Assembly (NCBI GenBank): GCA_964435065.1
Contig: CAYSXS010000004.1
Location: forward strand, 1 to 55,855
DNA length: 55,855 bases
Direction: 5' to 3'
DNA from: an uncultured Gammaproteobacteria bacterium
GTDB taxonomy: Bacteria > Patescibacteriota > Patescibacteriia > UBA2196
Part shown: piece by piece, positions 1 through 6,397 of the stretch
How positions within the stretch are numbered: position 1 is the stretch's first letter
How the letters are laid out: the number at the start of each line of letters is the position of its first letter
Translations under genes and position numbers: made by a program
The notes under the pieces: generated by a model
Told to the model about the DNA's origin: nothing
What the model saw: only the letters and a program-made list of their open reading frames with translations
Database searches by the model: none

Positions 1-725
1 TTATTAAAACAAGCCCCAATGTTTACCATTGGGGTATACCATGGCGGTTGACAAAAAACAGCGGCTCGGCCCTTAACTAATTGACCATCAGTTGTATTAC
101 AAAGTTCATTGTAATTATAACCTGTTTCCCATGTAATCAAATCATGATTATCGCTTTGAATAACATCACAAACTAAATTTATTCCATCTGCTTGGGTCAA
201 TTTTACTAATTCATTTTGCTCAATAAGAGCACCACACCCACCTTCTGGGTTATCTATTTCAGCACCATCTACGTTATGTCCACAATCAGCACCTCCTTCT
301 TCTTGTGGGGTGACTAACTCATGTCCTGTAGTGTGCATCTTAGTGTTCTCTGGCCAAAAGATTTCAGCATAGACATTTCTTATGTTTTCAATAACACCAT
401 CTGGGCCGTGAATAACAGAACAAACATTGTATTGAAGATCTTTGCCCCATACTCCAGGAGCAGCAAATTGAGCTCCAGGTTGGTTGTTAATACTAGCTGT
501 CCCGTCTCTGAAAACAGGCATAAATTCATCCTCACCTAACATTGCTGGTCTGCTTCCTCCATATTGATAGCCAGGGGTATACATTTCCCATTTAGCTTTA
601 ACAACAATAGGGTCTGTAGCACCACTACCACTTGTAGGTGTTAAGCCAGTAGTTATGGCTGCAGCAGCACCGCTAAAACCAAACACCATAGCAAATGTTA
701 AGCTTAAAATTAATAATTTTTTCAT
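1..725 (-). CDS. Secreted/exported Cys-containing protein, 3'-partial (runs off window edge; not in ORF track)
   Basis: ATG at 725-723; N-terminus MKKLLILSLTFAMVFGFSGAAAA is a typical Sec signal peptide; the segments I translated are open and the frame reaches the window edge. Confidence 0.75.
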   Translation of the reverse strand, partial: MKKLLILSLTFAMVFGFSGAAAAITTGLTPTSGSGATDPIVVKAKWEMYTPGYQYGGSRPAMLGEDEFMPVFRDGTASINNQPGAQFAAPGVWGKDLQYNVCSVIHGPDGVIENIRNVYAEIFWPENTKMHTTGHELVTPQEEGGADCGHNVDGAEIDNPEGGCGALIEQNELVKLTQADGINLVCDVIQSDNHDLITWETGYNYNELCNTTDGQLVKGRAAVFCQPPWYTPMVNIGACFN

Positions 726-1065
726 AATATTTAAGACCTTTGTCAAATTTGTTGCACATAAGTTTCTCTAGAGAGTAAACCTATATACTAACGAATTTAA
801 CATTTTAATTTTAATATTTGTAATTTACTTCCTCGCGAGTTTTTCGCTGTGTGAAATAAATTACATATGTATTTCTACGCTTTTCTTTTATGCGCAGTCG
901 ACCTTTAACTAACATGGGGTATAAATATAAACGCCCCTGCAAAAACAATTAAATTCAAAAAACATTTAATTCCTTTTGTCAGGGGCGCTGATGTCTGTAT
1001 TTATAGACGTTATGTACCCTTTTAGTTTTAGTATATATTATTATTTAAAGCATATCTTAATTTAA

Positions 1066-1293
1066 TTAATAATCGTCATAATATCCTACATCTGAATAAC
1101 CGTTTGTATTTGGGTTAAATAACTTACATTCAATTGATATTTCTTTTGATGTTAATGTTATTACATTTAATGATTTACACTTTGGACATTTCTTTTCTTC
1201 TTTAAGCATACCCTCTACTTTAGAGATGTTGGCAAAATGATATGAACATTTTGCACAGCGCCATATATATGTAGTAGGAGATTGTCCGTTCAT
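1066..1293 (-). CDS. Small zinc-ribbon protein (Mu Com-like CxxC...CxxC)
   Basis: CAKC...CPKC motifs in 75 aa. Confidence 0.6.
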   Translation of the reverse strand: MNGQSPTTYIWRCAKCSYHFANISKVEGMLKEEKKCPKCKSLNVITLTSKEISIECKLFNPNTNGYSDVGYYDDY

Positions 1294-1306
1294 AGATTTT
1301 CAAATT

Positions 1307-1344
1307 AAAAAACCGGAATGGCTCAAATTAGCACAATCCCGGTT
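1307..1344 (-). terminator. Intrinsic-terminator-like hairpin in the 5' leader of the Zn-ribbon gene (possible attenuator)
   Basis: Minus strand AACCGGGAT...ATTCCGGTT 9-bp stem ending in a U6 run, 14 nt upstream of the ATG at 1293. Confidence 0.5.
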
Positions 1345-1421
1345 CGGAAAAGCTTTTTAGGTAAGTATAGGTTCATCCAAAAATTAAACATTGATGAGAA
1401 AACTTAGTTGACGATTAGTTT

Positions 1422-1430
1422 ATTATATCA
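1422..1430 (-). promoter_or_regulatory. Extended -10 promoter (TGnTATAAT)
   Basis: TGATATAAT on minus strand; perfect DnaA box TGTGGATAA at 1450-1458 just upstream. Confidence 0.5.
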
Positions 1431-1564
1431 GACTTTTTCAAAAGTCCAATGTGGATAATTTATTGCATTTTGTCAAGTGGTTTTTTCAATTTAAAAAGCC
1501 CTATCTCGTATCTTTTATAACTATTGAGTAGGGCTTTTTATTTAGATCTGTATAGATTAATCCA

Positions 1565-2143
1565 TTACTCCGCTGGTTGACTAGCTAGATAGTCATTGAT
1601 TGCTTTAATGACTTGTGATTCACCTTCTAAATTTTCATAGAACAAGATGTGGTCGTTATTAATAAACATCTGGTCTTGTGGTCTATGCATTTCTGTACCA
1701 AACTTTACTAAAACCATTTGTTGAGCTGTTTGTTCAGCCGGTTGTACACCTGCTTCATCAATTGCAGGTTCAGCTGGTTGAATTGGTACTTCCTGTACTT
1801 GTAAATAATAAATATTTGTTAATTCAGGGTAAGCTGAACCAACTTCACTTAATTGTCCAAAATACACTTGTCCGTTTGTTAAAAAAACTGCTTGCCAGTC
1901 ACCAGTTACAGAAACAGTCTTTGTTGGTTCGTCATTTTTAGAACCAAATAGGCTGATTGCACCAGTTGTATCTAAAACAAAAAGAACAACAACAACTATG
2001 ATTACAACGATAAGAATCGATACAAACCAGCTGTTGCCTTTATGCTTTCTTGGCATTGGTTTCTTTAAAATGGGTTCAAGTGATTCTGGCGCTAAATCCG
2101 CCATTTCACTAGCAGACACATTGTTTTTATGTGCTTCTTTCAT
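1565..2143 (-). CDS. Single-pass membrane protein, CPR-type conserved hypothetical (WQAVFLTNGQVYFG motif)
   Basis: One TM helix plus AVFLxNGQVYFGxL...YYLQ motif recalled from Patescibacteria proteins. Confidence 0.7.
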   Translation of the reverse strand: MKEAHKNNVSASEMADLAPESLEPILKKPMPRKHKGNSWFVSILIVVIIVVVVLFVLDTTGAISLFGSKNDEPTKTVSVTGDWQAVFLTNGQVYFGQLSEVGSAYPELTNIYYLQVQEVPIQPAEPAIDEAGVQPAEQTAQQMVLVKFGTEMHRPQDQMFINNDHILFYENLEGESQVIKAINDYLASQPAE

Positions 2144-2262
2144 AATACGCTTTCCTAAATAATCCTAGCTTTCTAGGCTGTGGATTACTTTAAATTAGTA
2201 CTTTTATTATATCACAATACTTATCAAGTTGTAAAAGACAGCATATTTGGTATAATGGAGGT

Positions 2263-3282
2263 ATGAAATTTCCTCGTACAAAAAAAGTCTTATTTGCTAA
2301 TAATAAAGGTGGAGTTGGTAAAACAACACTGGCTTTTAATTGTGCAATGTCTTTTGCAAAGCAGGGTTATAAAACAATATTGGTTGATTTAGATCCGCAA
2401 TGCAATCTTTCGCGATTATCTTTAGGTGATAATTATTATGAAAAAACCTTATTTTCTTCAAAGGAAAAGGATATTTTTGATGTTTTAAAAGGAGTAGTTG
2501 AGGGCGGTTCTGACATTGATTTAGATGTGCCTTTTATTCCAATTTCAAATAGTAGCAATAATCTTTCTTTATTAAAAGGCAGTGTTAATCTTTCGCTTTA
2601 TGAAAATTTATTAGTCACTGCTTATGGGCAGGCAGCAGCAGGACAGCAGCTTGGGTATTTCCAAACAAGTGCAATAGATAGGTTTCTTCGAGAAAAAGGA
2701 TTAAGTGATGAGATTGATATTTTTATTATTGATACATCTCCTAGTCTTTCGCTTCTTAATCAAATTATTTTTCTTGGTGCTGACTATTTTATAGTGCCAA
2801 TGATGCCAGATGCTTTTAGTGTGCAAGGAGTTGAAAATTTGGGTGTTGTATTTGAAAAGTGGAAACAGAATTGGAAAGTAACAGCTAAGGCACTTTCTGG
2901 CAACACAGAGAGTAAATTTGTTCTTTCAGGTGATGGCCTTTTTGTTGGGTATGTTATGAATTCATATAATGTGTATGGTAAACAGCCAATTAAAGATCAT
3001 AGGCGATGGATTGAGGAAATTCCAAAAAAAGTGAAACAGTATCTTTCTGAAAAACATGGTCGAAATGGTCTTGTTGAAGAAAGTTGGAAAAAATCACTTG
3101 CTGAAATACAAGATTATGGAAGGATTCCAGCTAAATGTCAAGAAGTAGGTGTTGCAATTTTTGATCTAGACCCGGCACTGATAGAGGATGTTCATATTGG
3201 AACAAAAGAAAACATTGAAAAAGCAAAGGAAGAATTTGGAGCATTAGGAGATAAGATTTTAAAAATATTAGCTGAATATTAA
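2263..3282 (+). CDS. Orphan ParA/MinD-family ATPase
   Basis: Deviant Walker A NNKGGVGKTT, VDLDPQCN, IIDTSPSL; no adjacent ParB. Confidence 0.85.
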   Translation: MKFPRTKKVLFANNKGGVGKTTLAFNCAMSFAKQGYKTILVDLDPQCNLSRLSLGDNYYEKTLFSSKEKDIFDVLKGVVEGGSDIDLDVPFIPISNSSNNLSLLKGSVNLSLYENLLVTAYGQAAAGQQLGYFQTSAIDRFLREKGLSDEIDIFIIDTSPSLSLLNQIIFLGADYFIVPMMPDAFSVQGVENLGVVFEKWKQNWKVTAKALSGNTESKFVLSGDGLFVGYVMNSYNVYGKQPIKDHRRWIEEIPKKVKQYLSEKHGRNGLVEESWKKSLAEIQDYGRIPAKCQEVGVAIFDLDPALIEDVHIGTKENIEKAKEEFGALGDKILKILAEY

Positions 3283-3429
3283 ATTAAAAATCAAACTAGA
3301 ACAAGCCAGAGAAGCATTATTAAACTGTGGATATTTGAAATTTTTTTCAACCAGTGTAGTTATGGTTTTTTTTCAATTGAAGAACAGGTTTTAATTTCAA
3401 TATTAGAAATAGAACCTGTTTTTTAAGTT

Positions 3430-3897
3430 TCATATGAAAGTATAAATTAGCAAAAATATGATTAAAAGAGATAATTGGATAGGTAACCATTGTTTCCAAG
3501 GAAGAAATATTGATTTATACATAATCTCATGTGATTTGTGATTTATTGTTTTAAATATCTTCATAAATCTAAATTTAGGAAAGATAAGATAAGAACCCCA
3601 TAAAAAGTCTAAGATTACAGAGCCAATAATAGCAGATATGATACTAGGGGTTAATTCAAAGCCATATATCCCAAAAAGGGCTATTAATATAATGGCTATT
3701 AATGGAATTTCTATTAAAAAAAGGATTATTAAAATTTTAGTAACTTCTGGTTTTTTCCATTTTTCTAATTCAATAGAATCATGAGGGATTATATCTAAGA
3801 TAATGTGGGAAATAAAACCAACCACAAAAGCAAAAATTGCAGATGGTATATATTTGCCTATTACAAGACCTGAAGCTACATGAACTGTTAAAAACAT
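3430..3897 (-). CDS. Integral membrane protein, putative metal-dependent hydrolase (YdjM-like)
   Basis: N-terminal TxH, SHxxLDxxPH and later D/H residues within hydrophobic helices. Confidence 0.55.
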   Translation of the reverse strand: MFLTVHVASGLVIGKYIPSAIFAFVVGFISHIILDIIPHDSIELEKWKKPEVTKILIILFLIEIPLIAIILIALFGIYGFELTPSIISAIIGSVILDFLWGSYLIFPKFRFMKIFKTINHKSHEIMYKSIFLPWKQWLPIQLSLLIIFLLIYTFI

Positions 3898-3922
3898 ATT
3901 ATGTTAATTGTATCACAAATAT

Positions 3923-3951
3923 TTGACTAAAACACACTTTTAGGCTAGAAT
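3923..3951 (+). promoter_or_regulatory. sigma70 promoter of tRNA cluster
   Basis: TTGACT-17 nt-TAGAAT. Confidence 0.7.
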
Positions 3952-3986
3952 GATAATAACTGTTTTTTGAAATAGTTTTTTAATTT

Positions 3987-4070
3987 GCCGCAGTGGCGGA
4001 ACTGGTAGACGCTCAGGATTCAAAATCCTGCGAAGGCAACTTCATGAGAGTTCGAGTCTCTCCTGCGGCA
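3987..4070 (+). tRNA. tRNA-Leu(CAA)
   Basis: Cloverleaf with long variable arm; anticodon arm CAGGA-TTCAAAA-TCCTG; GTTCGAGT T-loop; no encoded CCA. Confidence 0.95.
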
Positions 4071-4085
4071 GGACAAACCTATTTA

Positions 4086-4159
4086 GGCGGGGTAGCTCAG
4101 TTGGTTAGAGCGTAGCACTCATAACGCTAAGGTCGCGGGTTCAATTCCCGCCCTCGCTA
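4086..4159 (+). tRNA. tRNA-Met(CAT), probably elongator (Ile2 not excluded)
   Basis: GGCGGGG acceptor, TAGCTCAGTTGG D-arm, CTCATAA loop, GGTTCAATT T-loop. Confidence 0.9.
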
Positions 4160-4225
4160 TAGAAAAATCTTGATAAAGATATATTTTTGTGTTATCTTAG
4201 ATATATTGTATAAAAATTAAAATAA

Positions 4226-4299
4226 CGCGGGGTAGAGCAGTCTGGCAGCTCGTTGGGCCCATAACCCAAAGGTCACCGGTTCGAATCCGGTCCCCGCAA
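4226..4299 (+). tRNA. Initiator tRNA-fMet(CAT)
   Basis: C1:A72 mismatch, three G-C pairs in anticodon stem (GGG/CCC); loop CCCATAA (C33). Confidence 0.95.
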
Positions 4300-4332
4300 T
4301 GAACAGATTCCACCCGAGTAGGGTGGTTTTTG
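4293..4332 (+). repeat. Direct repeat copy 1 (tRNA-fMet 3' end plus terminator), att-like
   Basis: CCCGCAATGAacagattCCAcCCGAGTAGGGTGGTTTTTG; 34/40 identical to 5601-5640. Confidence 0.8.
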
Positions 4333-4365
4333 GGTACTCCAATCACACGGGACTGTACGGTTACT

Positions 4366-4394
4366 TTGACAACAGTTTAACAATAGTTTAAAAT
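4366..4394 (+). promoter_or_regulatory. sigma70 promoter of the three-gene module with operator-like direct repeat
   Basis: TTGACA-17-TAAAAT; spacer contains AACAGTTTAA/AATAGTTTAA; second TGgTATAAT at 4396-4404. Confidence 0.65.
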
Positions 4395-4432
4395 TTGGTA
4401 TAATATAAATAATAATTAGTGGATACAATTGA

Positions 4433-4615
4433 ATGAAAGATAAGGAGCAATTTCTAAAAATTTATGCTAATTTGCCCTTAGGTGCTAGGGGTGAGATTAT
4501 TTGTGTACTAGAAAACGAACCCATCACATGGAATGTTGCTTACTTAGAAGTAAAAAATGATACTTCTGAAGGTATAAAAATTTTAAAAATTTTAAAAATT
4601 TTAGATATCATTTAA
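4433..4615 (+). CDS. Small hypothetical protein (60 aa), gene 1 of protease module
   Basis: ORF directly behind the promoter; 1-nt gap to next gene. Confidence 0.8.
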   Translation: MKDKEQFLKIYANLPLGARGEIICVLENEPITWNVAYLEVKNDTSEGIKILKILKILDII

Positions 4616-4616
4616 T

Positions 4617-4835
4617 ATGTCGGAAGAAAACAAAAAAAAGCAGATTAAAAAATTAGTTACTGAAAGACTAGAAGTTTTGCCTAGCAACAAAAGTATTTCA
4701 ATTGGTTCCGAAGGAAGTTTTTCCAAAGAGGATTTAATTGAAAGTGTTGAGAGAGGTGATGAGATTGGCAAAAAGATTACAAATATTCAGTTAAAATATT
4801 TGCGATCATTAAAAGAAGGTATTTTCTATGACTAA
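4617..4835 (+). CDS. Small hypothetical protein (72 aa), gene 2 of protease module
   Basis: Coupled to neighbours (1-nt gap upstream, 8-nt overlap downstream). Confidence 0.8.
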   Translation: MSEENKKKQIKKLVTERLEVLPSNKSISIGSEGSFSKEDLIESVERGDEIGKKITNIQLKYLRSLKEGIFYD

Positions 4836-5472
4836 ATTGTTGCTGATTACCAGACCTTACTATGACATTACAACTAGCTATCTATACCACTGGGCAGGGG
4901 AAATAATAGACAGCATTAAGAAGAAAGACATTCAGATATTAGATTTAAAGAAAGGTAGGGCTAACAAAAAAGAATTTAATAGTATTACAAAAAAGAAGCA
5001 ACCTTCTTTTGTTTTTTTAAATGGTCACGGAAGTTATGATCGTGTAACTGGTCAAGACGGCCAAGTTATTATCAAATCAGGTGAAAATGATGAACTTCTT
5101 CATGATAAAATAGTCTATGCTCTGTCATGTAAGTCAGCCAAGAAACTTGGGAAAACTAGCATTAAAGAAGGAGCTCAAAGTTATATAGGTTATACTGATG
5201 ATTTTGTTTTTTGTCTTGACCAGGACTTTGTGCAAAGGCCGTTAAAAGATGAAACTGCCAAGTTGTTTTTAAAGCCATCTAATCAATTAGTAAATAGTAT
5301 AATTAAGGGTCATCCCGTTAGAAAAGCTTGCGAGCGCGCTAAAGATTTATTTAAAAAGAATGCACAAAAGATTTTTGTTGAAAAATCATCAGGTGAATCT
5401 TACTTGATCCCTTATTTATTATGGGATATGGAACATTTAGTCTGTGAAGGAGATGATGATGCAGTTTTTTAA
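4828..5472 (+). CDS. Caspase/gingipain-fold (clan CD, C25/CHAT-like) cysteine peptidase, cytoplasmic
   Basis: FVFLNGHG (His67) and IVYALSC (Cys101), each after a hydrophobic beta strand, as in the clan CD dyad; no signal peptide. Confidence 0.7.
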   Translation: MTKLLLITRPYYDITTSYLYHWAGEIIDSIKKKDIQILDLKKGRANKKEFNSITKKKQPSFVFLNGHGSYDRVTGQDGQVIIKSGENDELLHDKIVYALSCKSAKKLGKTSIKEGAQSYIGYTDDFVFCLDQDFVQRPLKDETAKLFLKPSNQLVNSIIKGHPVRKACERAKDLFKKNAQKIFVEKSSGESYLIPYLLWDMEHLVCEGDDDAVF

Positions 5473-5600
5473 ACTTTGTGGGAAGTAAATTTTAAGTCAA
5501 AAACAATTAAACATAAGTTACTCTAGCCATCTTCGCATTCTGTTCAAATTTCCAAATCTCTTTAATATTCTCAACCAATTGGTGCAGATTCCGTTCTACT

Positions 5601-5640
5601 CCCGCAATGAGCGAAAACCATCCGAGTAGGGTGGTTTTTG
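5601..5640 (+). repeat. Direct repeat copy 2 (att-like), includes terminator hairpin
   Basis: CCCGCAATGAgcgaaaaCCAtCCGAGTAGGGTGGTTTTTG. Confidence 0.8.
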
Positions 5641-5668
5641 AGTTGAAATAGTGATATAATCAAGATAT

Positions 5669-6226
5669 ATGGGTAAAGCAATTTATGTTTTTATAGATGC
5701 ATCGAATTTATGGCAGGCTCAAAAAGCAAAGGGTAGGTTTTTAGATTACAAAAAAACAATTGATTATATAAAACAAAAATTTAATACTAAATCAATTAAA
5801 ATATTTTATTACACGGCATATCCTGCTGAAGGAACCAGAGATTATAGTCTAGATGGGAAACATAAATTTTTTACTTTTTTAAAGAAAGGACTACATTTTG
5901 AAGTAAGGAAAAAAGAGTTAAAAAGGATTTCGGTTGTTGACAAATATGGGGAATCTATAAAAGAAAAGGGTGATATGGATGTAGAGATAACAATAGACGC
6001 AATACATCATTTGAAGAAGTATGATATAGCAGTTTTCTTTACAGGTGATTCTGATTTTCTCGCGTTAGTGTCATATTTGAAAAATATCAATAAAAAAGTA
6101 TATATTTTTTCTTCACGAAATAATATATCTGAAGAGTTAAGAACTGGTGGAGATGGCTATTCTGATGTTTTAGAAATAAATAATATTTGGGGTAAGGAGT
6201 TACAATATAGGGAAGAAAAGAAATAA
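5669..6226 (+). CDS. NYN domain (PIN-like, LabA/DUF88) ribonuclease
   Basis: VFIDASN, KGDMDVEITID, TGDSDFLALV motifs. Confidence 0.9.
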   Translation: MGKAIYVFIDASNLWQAQKAKGRFLDYKKTIDYIKQKFNTKSIKIFYYTAYPAEGTRDYSLDGKHKFFTFLKKGLHFEVRKKELKRISVVDKYGESIKEKGDMDVEITIDAIHHLKKYDIAVFFTGDSDFLALVSYLKNINKKVYIFSSRNNISEELRTGGDGYSDVLEINNIWGKELQYREEKK

Positions 6227-6297
6227 AATCACCCTCCGCAAGGAGGGTGATTCTGGGATGTAATACCCTAACGGTTCTAGGACAGAACCGAAAGACA
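6225..6297 (-). ncRNA. Candidate ~70-nt structured small RNA convergent with the NYN gene
   Basis: Own promoter TTGACT(6331-6326)-17-TACTCT(6308-6303); 7-bp hairpin 6272-6290; 11-bp terminator stem 6227-6252 with U-rich tail on the minus strand only. Confidence 0.5.
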
Positions 6298-6397
6298 TAG
6301 TAAGAGTACAGTATTTAAATGAAAAAGTCAATATTTTATCCCCAACACTATAAATTAAGCTATTTAGCTATAATTTTTAATTAAAATATATAAACAT

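Larger units (their letters stand above)
4293..5640 (+). mobile_element. Integrase-less mini genomic islet at tRNA-fMet carrying a three-gene protease module
   Basis: Flanking 40-bp degenerate direct repeats 1308 bp apart, starting in the tRNA 3' end. Confidence 0.6.

Noticed and set aside
826-905. c-di-GMP-I riboswitch in the leader of the secreted protein
   Set aside because: Only superficial CACAG..GAAA similarity; the required paired GCAAA/GGGACGCAAAGCC elements are not present.
4577-4603. 9-bp tandem repeat AAAATTTTA x3 (KIL x3) in the 60-aa gene
   Set aside because: Short AT-rich in-frame repeat compatible with an amphipathic helix; no evidence for phase variation.
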